This document shows positions 39,207-47,115 of a stretch of 64,000 nt of DNA, piece after piece. A program made the translations under genes and the position numbers. The stretch comes from Actinomycetota bacterium. Lineage in GTDB: Bacteria; Actinomycetota; UBA4738; HRBIN12. Under the pieces are notes generated by a model. It worked only from the letters and a program-made list of their open reading frames with translations, did not search any database and was not told the DNA's origin. Position 1 is the stretch's first letter. Each line of letters starts with the position of its first letter. The DNA is taken from the NCBI GenBank assembly GCA_035463115.1, contig DATHTO010000090.1, positions 8,126 to 72,125 of the forward strand. The letters run 5' to 3'.

Positions 39207-40385
39207 TCAGGCGTCGCCGAGGAGCTTGCGGCCGCGTGCGGCGAGCTCGAGGACGAAGCGGTCGTCGGCGTCCGTCGGATCGAGGCCGGTGTGCTTCTCG
39301 ATGGCCGACAGGCGGTAGGTCACCGCACGCGGGCTCAGGAACAGCCGGCGTGCGGTCGCGGTGATGTTGCCCGACTCCGCGACGTAGGCGTCGATCGTCT
39401 CGAGGAGCGGGCCGCGCCCGCCCCGTGCGGCGTCGAGCCCTCCGAGGACGTCGTCGACGACCGACCGCAGCGCCGTCGGGTCCCGTGCGAGCAGATGGAA
39501 GGGACGGAGCTCCTCCCACCGAACCGTCGCGTCGTCGGAACCCAGGCGCTCCGCGAGCCGCAGCGTCTCGACGGCGAGCCGGAACGATCGTGCCGGTCCG
39601 AAGGGGCCCTCTTCCGGCGGGCCGATCGCGAGCCGCCACTCGCGCTCGGCCGTTTCTTCGAGGAACCCCGCGAGCTTCGTCGCCGCGTCGGCCTCGCGCT
39701 CGGGGAAGACGCAGACGAGCAGCCGATCCTTCGTCGTGACGATCACGTCCTGGCTACCGAACCGCGAGAACACCTGGGATCCGACCCATCCCAGAACGGG
39801 GCCGGGATCGTCGGAGGCGCGCGTCGCTTCGGCGACCACCACCCGATGCGCCGCCGACAGGTTGAGTCCGAACGACTCGGCCGTGGCTTCGAGCCGATCC
39901 GGATCCCCGACGCCGGCGAGCAGGTCGTCGACGAACTCGCGCCGGGCTGACTCCTCGCGCCGGATCGCGATCCGCTGGGCCTCGACGTAGCCGTGCGCGA
40001 GCGCCGCGACGGCGTCGTCCGCGGCACGCAGCACGATCTCGCCGAGCTGGGCCAGGGCCGGGCCGCTCGCGTCTGGCGCGGCGTCGGCGATCGAACGCCA
40101 CAGCCGCCACGACGCGCTGAGGTACAGGTCGACGGCCGCGGGCAGCGGCACACCGGCGATCGCTGCGCGTTCGCCCGTCTCTCGGAACCGCTCGAGCGCG
40201 CCGGGCGCAGGCGGCCGCCCCGATCCGGCCGCTCCGATCACGACCTGCAGGTAGTCGGACAGCAGTTCCGCGTCGACGCCTGCGTCGCTCGCGGCTCCCT
40301 CGGCGATCTGGTCGAGGGACCGCTCGGCCGCGCGGGTCATCGCCTCGAGCTCGCGGAGGGTCGGGATCAGGCGTTCATCGGCCAC
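39207..40385 (-). CDS. PucR/CdaR family transcriptional regulator
   Basis: C-terminal PucR HTH NITATARRLFLSPRAVTYRLSAIEKHTG. Start provisionally at GTG 40385; ATG 40340 is the alternative. The 724 aa track ORF is an over-extension. Confidence 0.7.
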   Translation of the reverse strand: MADERLIPTLRELEAMTRAAERSLDQIAEGAASDAGVDAELLSDYLQVVIGAAGSGRPPAPGALERFRETGERAAIAGVPLPAAVDLYLSASWRLWRSIADAAPDASGPALAQLGEIVLRAADDAVAALAHGYVEAQRIAIRREESARREFVDDLLAGVGDPDRLEATAESFGLNLSAAHRVVVAEATRASDDPGPVLGWVGSQVFSRFGSQDVIVTTKDRLLVCVFPEREADAATKLAGFLEETAEREWRLAIGPPEEGPFGPARSFRLAVETLRLAERLGSDDATVRWEELRPFHLLARDPTALRSVVDDVLGGLDAARGGRGPLLETIDAYVAESGNITATARRLFLSPRAVTYRLSAIEKHTGLDPTDADDRFVLELAARGRKLLGDA

Positions 40386-40547
40386 CGAGCCAGTCTCGCG
40401 CACGGAACCGGGCGACGACCGGGCCGAACGACCGGGATCCGGAAGCGCAGAGGTTCCGTTCCCGTCCGGATCGTTTCGTGGTGGTCGCGACCGATGGCCG
40501 ACATCGTGTCGATCGTTGGAAGACAGCCCGACCGGAAGGACGGATCG

Positions 40548-40820
40548 ATGAAGTGCCCGACATGCGGAGAAACGCTCTCGATGACGGAACGCCACGGCGT
40601 CGAGGTCGACTACTGCCCTCAGTGCCGTGGCACGTGGCTCGACCGAGGCGAGCTCGACCGGATCATCGAGGCCGCTCGTGGGGTGGCGGCGCCCCCTGCG
40701 CCCGCGCCCGCAACGCCGCCATCCCTCGATCGTTCCTGGCCCGACGACCGCGGTGACCGTGGGGACCCGCCGCGCAAGAAGCGCTCGCGCCTGGCGGACC
40801 TGCTGGAGTTCGGCGACTGA
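40548..40820 (+). CDS. zf-TFIIB-type zinc-ribbon protein
   Basis: ATG 40548 with GGAAGGA 6 nt upstream. 90 aa. MKCPTCGE...DYCPQCRGTWLDRGELDRI is the typical zinc-ribbon domain, followed by a Pro-rich basic tail. Confidence 0.7.
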   Translation: MKCPTCGETLSMTERHGVEVDYCPQCRGTWLDRGELDRIIEAARGVAAPPAPAPATPPSLDRSWPDDRGDRGDPPRKKRSRLADLLEFGD

Positions 40821-40825
40821 CCGGC

Positions 40826-41752
40826 TCAGTCCTCGGTCGCGAGCGGCACGTCGAGCAGGTCGCCGAGCTCGCGAGCGTTCCGCACCGCGAAGTCGCGGTA
40901 GCAGTTGTTCATCAGAACGTGCGTCTCGCGCGTCTGCGACGCGAGCTCGCCGATCTTCGGCACCCATTCCTCGAGCTCGTCCGTCGTGTAGTCGTAGCGG
41001 AACCGTTCGCTCGCCGTCTCGCTCTTCGTCGTCCATGCTTTCGGATCGCGGCCGTGGAAACGCACCATCGAGAGATCGTCGGCGGTCGCCGCGGCGATCG
41101 GTGGGAGCGACGAGTCGAACCCCTGCGGCATGTCGACGCAGACGTACGGCAGGTTGCGTTCGGATAGGAACGACAGCGTCTCCTCGACGTTGCGCTCCTC
41201 CATCCAGCTCTTGTGACGGAACTCCACGGCGATCCGGTAGTCCGGCAGGCGGTCGACGATCTCGTCGATGTACGCCTTGTTCTTGCGCGCGATCGTGAAC
41301 CATTGCGGGAACTGGAACAGCACGGCGCCCAGCTTGCCCGCCGAGTGCAGGGGATAGAGCGCCAACCGGAACCGCTCCCACACCTCCTCGACCGCTCCAT
41401 CCGGAATGTTGTCCCGGTAGATCCGTCGCTTCTCGAGCGCGTCCGCCGGAAGGGCTGCCTTCACTTCCCTATAGAGCGATTCGGGCTTCGTGGGATGTCC
41501 GGTCAGGAGCGAGTACGCCTTGATGTTGAAGGTGAAGTCCGAGGGCGTGCGCTCGATCCACAGCACCGAGTTCTTCTCGCTGGGTGGGAAGTAGTACGTC
41601 GAGTCGACCTCGACGAGCGGGAACCGGGATGCGTAGAAGCGCAGGCGCTGCTCGGCGGTCTTCGCCTCGGGCGGATAGAAGTGTCCGTCCTTGATCAGCG
41701 TCGGATCCGTCCACGACGACGTCCCGAGCCGGATGCGGCCGGAGTCGGCCAT
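40826..41752 (-). CDS. DUF72 domain-containing protein
   Basis: 308 aa. IRLGTSSWTD...FYPP...RLRFYASRFPLVEVDSTYY matches the DUF72 (YecE-like) N-terminus. Confidence 0.85.
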   Translation of the reverse strand: MADSGRIRLGTSSWTDPTLIKDGHFYPPEAKTAEQRLRFYASRFPLVEVDSTYYFPPSEKNSVLWIERTPSDFTFNIKAYSLLTGHPTKPESLYREVKAALPADALEKRRIYRDNIPDGAVEEVWERFRLALYPLHSAGKLGAVLFQFPQWFTIARKNKAYIDEIVDRLPDYRIAVEFRHKSWMEERNVEETLSFLSERNLPYVCVDMPQGFDSSLPPIAAATADDLSMVRFHGRDPKAWTTKSETASERFRYDYTTDELEEWVPKIGELASQTRETHVLMNNCYRDFAVRNARELGDLLDVPLATED

Positions 41753-41758
41753 CGAGGA

Positions 41759-42184
41759 TCAGGCTGCGGGACCGTCGGGGGAGGCCGTGTCCGCCTCGTC
41801 GGACTTGCCGGTCTTCTTGCGGAGGACGGCGTCCTTGGCCTCCTCGGCCTTGCGCTTGGCGGTCGCGAGCATCCTCTGGGCCCACACGTACTCGGTCGAG
41901 AGGATGCCGAGGCCGAGGAAGATGAGCAGCCACCCCGGACCGGGGAGCACCAGCAGGGCGACCCCTGCGAGGAGCACCGAGAAGCCGGCGATCGTAACGG
42001 CGACGCGCTTGCCGTTGCGGCGGATGAAGTCCCAGACGACCGCGAGAGGCGCGAGCGGAACCCGATCCTCCCACTCGGCCTGGACGCGGGCATCGTCGCG
42101 GAAATCCTCGAACGCGGCCGTCGCGTCGCGTTCCTCAGGGTCGTCGCCCCACACGCCGTGATCGTGGCGGAGGTGATGCGTCAT
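41759..42184 (-). CDS. PGPGW-motif transmembrane protein
   Basis: 141 aa. LLVLPGPGWLLIFLGLGILSTEYVWA. 6 nt upstream of the DUF72 gene. Confidence 0.75.
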   Translation of the reverse strand: MTHHLRHDHGVWGDDPEERDATAAFEDFRDDARVQAEWEDRVPLAPLAVVWDFIRRNGKRVAVTIAGFSVLLAGVALLVLPGPGWLLIFLGLGILSTEYVWAQRMLATAKRKAEEAKDAVLRKKTGKSDEADTASPDGPAA

Positions 42185-42199
42185 AGGAGCATCAGTCTC

Positions 42200-42808
42200 T
42201 CACGACCCGTCCGTTCGGCGTCCCCCGGGTGGGACGTCACGGGGCCATCTCTTGAGCTCGAAGAGGTCCGGGCGCTCGGCGAACCTGCGGACGTCTTCCC
42301 AGAGCGCGAGGGCGTCACTGCCGGTGGGTGCGTTCGCGACGATCGGCCCATAGACGACCTTGTGGTCGGCGATGCCGAGGGTCGGCACGCCGAAGACGTC
42401 GAGCTGCCGGGCCGCGTGATGTTCCGCGATCAGCGCGTCGCCGAGATCGACGCGGGCCACGGCTTCGGCGAGGAGATGTCCGAGCCCGGCTGCCTCGGCC
42501 GCGTCGCTGAGGACCGCGTCGGACGGCTCGAGCTTCCGCTCGTGGAGGCGTTCCCCGAGAGCGACGAAGAGTGCCTCGAACGCCGGAGCGCCCAACCGTT
42601 CCCGTGCGTGCGCGAGGGCGACCAGCGCAGGGCCGTGTCGCGGGGCGGCGTCGGCGAACGGTGTTCCCGCCGGAGAGCTGTTCACCTCGAGGCTGAAGAG
42701 CCTCCATGTAAGGCGGATCCGCTCGAGGCGTCGCAGCTCGAGGAGCCACCGAACCGTCTGCCATGCCCAAGGACATGAGGGGTCGACCCAGACACGAACC
42801 TCCGTCAT
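42200..42808 (-). CDS. DsbA-like thioredoxin-fold protein
   Basis: Start at ATG 42808 (MTEVRVWVDPSCPWAW...). 202 aa. Single-Cys CPWA in place of CxxC. The N-terminal 60 aa of the track ORF were rejected. Confidence 0.7.
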   Translation of the reverse strand: MTEVRVWVDPSCPWAWQTVRWLLELRRLERIRLTWRLFSLEVNSSPAGTPFADAAPRHGPALVALAHARERLGAPAFEALFVALGERLHERKLEPSDAVLSDAAEAAGLGHLLAEAVARVDLGDALIAEHHAARQLDVFGVPTLGIADHKVVYGPIVANAPTGSDALALWEDVRRFAERPDLFELKRWPRDVPPGGRRTDGS

Positions 42809-43029
42809 CGCGCCGCGACGATCATGCGGAAGGCGGCGGGATCGGCACGCAGTGCTTTCGTCGTGACGAAGATGGACATCAGCTCGGATGATCGCGACGG
42901 CATCGCCCAAGCGTAGCTGCGCCGTGCGCGGCCGGAACTTGTCACTCTTGCGGTTCCGTACGGGTCTGGCATAGAAAACGGCCGACATACGGAACGCTGT
43001 CTCCGGGGCACAGCAGGGGGAGTGGAGAC

Positions 43030-44451
43030 ATGGCCAGTGCTGCGGTCGGTTCGAGGCGTCAGGGCAATCATGACGCGCAGTTCAGTCGGAGTGCCAAATA
43101 CCTTCCGTACGGTCTCGCGGCGGCAGTCCTGACTGCGATCACGGTCGGGATGGGCGTTGACGCAGGTTCGCGTGAGGCCCTCGGGTTAGGCCTGCTCATC
43201 TGGGCTCTGTTCGCGTCGCTTGGGGCCATGGCAACGATCGAGCTCGGCGAAGGGCGACCGGCGCTATCGATGGACATGCCGGTTCTGCTGGCGTGCGCCT
43301 TCGTGGAAGGTCCTTTCGTGGCCGGACTCGTCGCGTTTGCAGGCACCTTCGACCAGTTCGAGATTCGACGGCAGAGCAGCTTTTCGCAGATCATTTCGAA
43401 TCATGGCCAGACGGCACTGAGTGTCATGGCCGCTGGCCTTGTCTTCACTCTCGTTGGAGGGTTGGCGGAGGGGCTACCGATTGCCGTTGCAGGAGCAGTC
43501 CTAGCGCTTCTTATCGACGTCGTAGTGAATTATTCATGCGTAGCACTCATGCAGTCGCTCGTCACTGGTCGCTCAGTCGGCGACATCCTTGCAATCATGA
43601 AAATCGGAAGCACAGGCGGCTTCATCGTCTTGTACATCGCATTCGGATTGCTGGGGTTGCTGATGGCGCTCGCCTATCAAGGTTTCGCGTTCGTCGGTGT
43701 CTTCGTCTGTGTAGCTCCCCTCCTCTTGGCCCGCGAGGCGTTCTTCAAGACCCTCCGTGTCGAGCAGGAACTTTCGCGCGTCGAGGCGCAAGCCTTGGCG
43801 CTTTCGAAGGTCGACGCGCGAATCGCGGATGAGCGCCATGATGAGCGCTCGAAGATTGCCGCAGCGCTACACGACGAGATCCTGCAGTGTCTATATGACG
43901 TTGAGATCAGAGCGCAGGTCATCCGAGAGGATTTGCGCCGAGGTCGGCTCCTCGATCTTGAAGACGACGTTCCCGCCTTGGTTCGCGCTTCACAAGCCGC
44001 AGCCACGGAACTCCGCGACGTCATTCAAGGCCTGCGTAGGTCTCCGATTGGGAGGGCCGGATTGACAGACACGGTCGCGCTGCTGGCGAACCACTTGCGC
44101 GATGAATCCAATATCAACTTCGTCCTCAACCTTGACTCAGCGATGTCGGCTACAGCCGACGTCGAGCTAGTGGCTTATCAGATCCTTCGCGAGGCTATGA
44201 CGAACGCCGCGCGACACTCGGGTGCGGACACGGTCTGGGTTTCGATCTCTTACCGGGTCGGTGAGCTATTGCTTGAGGTGGTGGACAACGGAGCGGGATT
44301 CGATGCGTCTAGCGAACAGCATGGCCGACACTTTGGTCTAGCACTCATGAAGGAAAGGGCGGAGAGCGCGGGTGGGTCCCTGACCATCTCTTCGCAGTAC
44401 CGGCAGGGTGCTGTTGTAGCGGCGCACCTTCCGCTGCGGAGGTTGCCCTGA
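43030..44451 (+). CDS. sensor histidine kinase, polytopic N-terminal domain + HisKA_3 + HATPase_c (HK1), no adjacent response regulator
   Basis: 473 aa. At least 6 hydrophobic segments. H-box KIAAALHDEILQ, N-box REAMTNAARHSGA, VVDNGAGFD, GLALMKERA. Confidence 0.85.
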   Translation: MASAAVGSRRQGNHDAQFSRSAKYLPYGLAAAVLTAITVGMGVDAGSREALGLGLLIWALFASLGAMATIELGEGRPALSMDMPVLLACAFVEGPFVAGLVAFAGTFDQFEIRRQSSFSQIISNHGQTALSVMAAGLVFTLVGGLAEGLPIAVAGAVLALLIDVVVNYSCVALMQSLVTGRSVGDILAIMKIGSTGGFIVLYIAFGLLGLLMALAYQGFAFVGVFVCVAPLLLAREAFFKTLRVEQELSRVEAQALALSKVDARIADERHDERSKIAAALHDEILQCLYDVEIRAQVIREDLRRGRLLDLEDDVPALVRASQAAATELRDVIQGLRRSPIGRAGLTDTVALLANHLRDESNINFVLNLDSAMSATADVELVAYQILREAMTNAARHSGADTVWVSISYRVGELLLEVVDNGAGFDASSEQHGRHFGLALMKERAESAGGSLTISSQYRQGAVVAAHLPLRRLP

Positions 44452-44458
44452 TGTCGTG

Positions 44459-44491
44459 AACAAGCCCCCGGCGAGCCGCCGGGGGCTTGTT
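44459..44491. terminator. perfect 14-bp GC-rich hairpin between convergent HK1 and peptide gene P1
   Basis: AACAAGCCCCCGGC (44459-44472), loop gagcc, GCCGGGGGCTTGTT (44478-44491). Sits 8 nt after the HK1 stop and 24 nt after the P1 stop. Confidence 0.6.
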
Positions 44492-44514
44492 GTCAGCTAT
44501 CTGCGCTCTACTCC

Positions 44515-44601
44515 TCAGCCGGCCCGGAAGTGGGCACCGCCCGCGAGCGCGAGCGCGGCGATTGAGCCGATTGCCAGAACGACCCGACGCACGATGGTCA
44601 T
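44515..44601 (-). CDS. 28-aa signal-peptide-like small protein P1 (MTIVRRVVLAIGSIAALALAGGAHFRAG)
   Basis: Hand translation. ATG preceded by GGGAGGG with a 6-nt spacer. TGA stop. Paralogous to P2/P3 with synonymous-only differences in the last 9 codons. Confidence 0.6.
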   Translation of the reverse strand: MTIVRRVVLAIGSIAALALAGGAHFRAG

Positions 44602-44772
44602 GTGGATCCCTCCCTTGTTCTCGGCCGCATCCCCGCATGGGGGACGTCCATGAATATCGGGTGACACCCGAACGACCCACAAGCCGCGCGTTAGGGGTAC
44701 GACGTATGGCGTAGCGGGTTCACCCATCGGCGCTACTTGAGACGGCGAGCCGACAAACGATGATGGGAGAAC

Positions 44773-46248
44773 GTGTCCCACTCTGCTGAAGCACACCGAG
44801 ACGGCGAGAAGCGGTTAGCGCTGGTGCAGTTCGCCGTAGCTGTGCCGACCATCGCCGTGATGGCGGTCGCTTTTTCGACCGCGGACTTTGAGGCGCGATG
44901 GTTCCTGTGGAGTGTCCTGATTACCGCGATCGAACTGATGCCGGTTCCAGCATGGCGAGGGATCACGATCAGTGTCGGGTTTCCCTTGCTGATAGCGATC
45001 GCCATGCTGTACCCACCCAGCGTTGCGGTGGTTCTCACATTTCTCGGCGCTAGCGACCCCCGAGAGCTACGTCGAGAAGTCAGTGTTGGCCTCGCGCTCT
45101 TCAACCGATCGCAAGTTGCACTCGCCGTAATGGCGGCCAGCGCTGTGTTCCACGCCCTTATCGGTGAGCCAGCAGGCGTTAGGCTCGAGACCCTCGATCC
45201 GGTGGTCCTTGTCGGAGCGGCGTCCGTAGCAGCTATCGCAGACTACATCGTGAACGGCAGCTTGGTTGCTGTGTACATGAGCACGAAGCTCAGGATGAAC
45301 CCGTGGCGTGTGTTGCAACACATGAGAGCCGGGAACCTACGTGAATTCTTGATCAGCTACCTTGGACTCGGCGTCCTCGGCTTGACCTTGGCCGTTCTGT
45401 TCCAGGAAGTTGGGCCATGGTCACTCCCGGCTTTCCTCGCTCCATTGCTGTTCGCGCGGCAGGTGTTCTTCAGATCCAAGGCTCTAGAGGAAGCGCATGA
45501 AGAACTGCAAGAGCGAGAGCAGGTGCTCCGGGAGCTTTCGAACACGATGGCGGAGGAACGGGCCGACGAGCGCCTGCAGATCGCCGGCTACTTGCACGAC
45601 GACCTAGCTCAGGTTCTATTCCGCCTTTCATTGCAGGTCGATATCGCGAAGAAGTTGCTTGATAAGCGTGATCTGGCGGAGCTTCAGGCTCAGCTCAGCA
45701 AGATCAAGGATTCGAAGCAGGAAACCTCCAACCGAATCCGTGCCCTGATCCGTGACCTACACAGGTCACCTCTCGGCGCCAAGGGATTAGCCGAGGCGAT
45801 TGAGTCGCTGATCGATGAGGTCGGGAAGGATTCCGACGTTGCGTTTCACCTGGACGTCGAAGACATTGACCTACCAGCGCCTATTGCTCTGCTGCTCTAC
45901 CACATCGGCCGGGAAGGAGTGATGAACGCTCTCAAGCATGCTGACGCGTCGGACGTCTGGCTGTCAGTTCTCGAGGAGCGGGAACACATCGTCCTCCGGC
46001 TCCGGGACAACGGGCGCGGTTTCGACGCGTCTGTGCCCGGGCCCGAGGGGCACTATGGGATGTCGATGATGCGGGGTCGGGCAAGAGTCGGTGGAGGGAC
46101 GTTCCAAGTCGAGTCGTCACCGGGTCGCGGGACCCTCGTTATCGTTCAATTCCCGGTTGACCTTCTGCAGCGGGACTTGCCCGATTCCGAGACGCCAAAC
46201 GCCAATGGTCAGGGGCGTGCTTTCCCCGGTACGACAGAACCCACATGA
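44773..46248 (+). CDS. sensor histidine kinase paralog (HK2), same polytopic domain + HisKA_3 + HATPase_c, no adjacent response regulator
   Basis: 491 aa, GTG start. H-box QIAGYLHDDLAQ, N-box GREGVMNALKHADA, LRDNGRGFD, GMSMMRGRA. Membrane domain alignable with HK1. Confidence 0.85.
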   Translation: MSHSAEAHRDGEKRLALVQFAVAVPTIAVMAVAFSTADFEARWFLWSVLITAIELMPVPAWRGITISVGFPLLIAIAMLYPPSVAVVLTFLGASDPRELRREVSVGLALFNRSQVALAVMAASAVFHALIGEPAGVRLETLDPVVLVGAASVAAIADYIVNGSLVAVYMSTKLRMNPWRVLQHMRAGNLREFLISYLGLGVLGLTLAVLFQEVGPWSLPAFLAPLLFARQVFFRSKALEEAHEELQEREQVLRELSNTMAEERADERLQIAGYLHDDLAQVLFRLSLQVDIAKKLLDKRDLAELQAQLSKIKDSKQETSNRIRALIRDLHRSPLGAKGLAEAIESLIDEVGKDSDVAFHLDVEDIDLPAPIALLLYHIGREGVMNALKHADASDVWLSVLEEREHIVLRLRDNGRGFDASVPGPEGHYGMSMMRGRARVGGGTFQVESSPGRGTLVIVQFPVDLLQRDLPDSETPNANGQGRAFPGTTEPT

Positions 46249-46801
46249 CCAAAGGCCGGGGATTCACCCGGCTCCTTCCACGCATCGCCTGCACTATGAA
46301 CCATCCCATCCCGCCATAGAGAAGGACGTCGCCTATTGAGATGACGACTCCGATGGGTTCAGGTAGGGGAATTACATCCCCGAGAATCCGCAGGACGTCT
46401 TCGTCGGTCATCAGATGATGCTTGGCGTTAGAGGGGTCCCCCAGAGAATCAACCGTACCCCCGGCAGTTTCTATGGCTGTGGCGCTCACCGGCATGCCCG
46501 CATTGGCGCCTACAACCGCAAGGTTGAGCAGCAGGCCGAGCGTCATTGCCGGTGCGGCTGGGATCCTCCGGTTCAGCGCAATGACGAGGAGCAAGCATAC
46601 GTATGACGCGATGAGGGTGACCGCTGCGTCACCAGCGCTTGAGAGGTACGGCAAGTCGGGAACCGGCGCGACCTGAAGCGCCAGGCCGACAACGGCGATC
46701 CCCCACCAGTGAACTGCGACCTGCTCGAACGCTCGGAGGGAGCCGCCGGCGAGAAGCCCAATCACGATCGCGATCGCGACGGCACCAAGGACTGGCGACA
46801 T
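46139..46801 (-). CDS. polytopic membrane protein (possibly DUF5317-like; family call from memory, weak)
   Basis: 220 aa. Four to five hydrophobic segments. HHLMTDEDVLRILGDVIPLP...SIGDVLLYGG. The last 110 nt overlap the convergent HK2 3' end. Confidence 0.6.
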   Translation of the reverse strand: MSPVLGAVAIAIVIGLLAGGSLRAFEQVAVHWWGIAVVGLALQVAPVPDLPYLSSAGDAAVTLIASYVCLLLVIALNRRIPAAPAMTLGLLLNLAVVGANAGMPVSATAIETAGGTVDSLGDPSNAKHHLMTDEDVLRILGDVIPLPEPIGVVISIGDVLLYGGMGWFIVQAMRGRSRVNPRPLVMWVLSYRGKHAPDHWRLASRNRASPAAEGQPGIER

Positions 46802-46840
46802 GGGTCAACGCTAATGCCTGCCGGGCATGTCGGAGCTAAA

Positions 46841-46872
46841 CAAACGCTCCCACCCTAGGGCGGGAGCGTTTG
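46841..46872 (-). terminator. hairpin after the P3-P2 peptide genes, upstream of the membrane-protein gene
   Basis: CAAACGCTCCC (46841-46851) pairs with GGGAGCGTTTG (46862-46872). On the minus strand it is followed by TTTAG. Confidence 0.5.
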
Positions 46873-46891
46873 CTGGGAAGGTCGAGTTGGC

Positions 46892-46978
46892 TCAGCCAGC
46901 GCGGAAGTGCGCGCCTCCGGCAAGGGCCAGCGTGGCGAGCGTCCCAATCGCGAGAACGATCCGCTTGAGAGTGGTCAT
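46892..46978 (-). CDS. 28-aa signal-peptide-like small protein P2 (MTTLKRIVLAIGTLATLALAGGAHFRAG)
   Basis: Hand translation. GGAGGGAGGA 5 nt before the ATG. TGA stop. 50 nt downstream of P3. Confidence 0.6.
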   Translation of the reverse strand: MTTLKRIVLAIGTLATLALAGGAHFRAG

Positions 46979-47028
46979 CTCAGTCCTCCCTCCATCGAAC
47001 GTGAACGGGTGGGACGGGCGTGGGGCGC

Positions 47029-47115
47029 CTAACCAGCCCTGAAGTGGGCGCCGCCGGCCATCGCCAGCGTTGCGAGCGTTCCGAGCGCCAGAACGATCCG
47101 TCGGATCAGCTTCAT
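47029..47115 (-). CDS. 28-aa signal-peptide-like small protein P3 (MKLIRRIVLALGTLATLAMAGGAHFRAG)
   Basis: Hand translation. GGAGGGGAGGGG 4 nt before the ATG. TAG stop. Confidence 0.6.
   Translation of the reverse strand: MKLIRRIVLALGTLATLAMAGGAHFRAG

Noticed and set aside
40386-41381. Upstream 330 codons of the 724-aa ORF containing the PucR regulator
   Set aside because: It overlaps the zinc-ribbon gene and the DUF72 gene, is Arg-rich low complexity, and is not needed for the PucR domain architecture.
42809-42988. 60-codon N-terminal extension of the DsbA-like ORF
   Set aside because: The thioredoxin-fold N-terminus begins cleanly at MTEVRVWVDPSCPW (ATG 42808). The extension lies in the lower-GC intergenic DNA and looks non-coding.
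44456-44714. Plus-strand ORFs 44456..44653, 44487..44714 and 46827..47042, which cover the peptide loci
   Set aside because: They are antisense to P1-P3, lack SD sequences, give Arg/Pro-rich translations, and show no conservation pattern between the loci in that frame. The minus-strand frame shows synonymous-only variation.
44515-44796. The 93-aa track ORF that contains P1 at its C-terminus
   Set aside because: Only the last 28 codons are conserved with P2 and P3. Those codons have their own strong SD and ATG at 44601, and the upstream 65 codons have no counterpart at the other loci.
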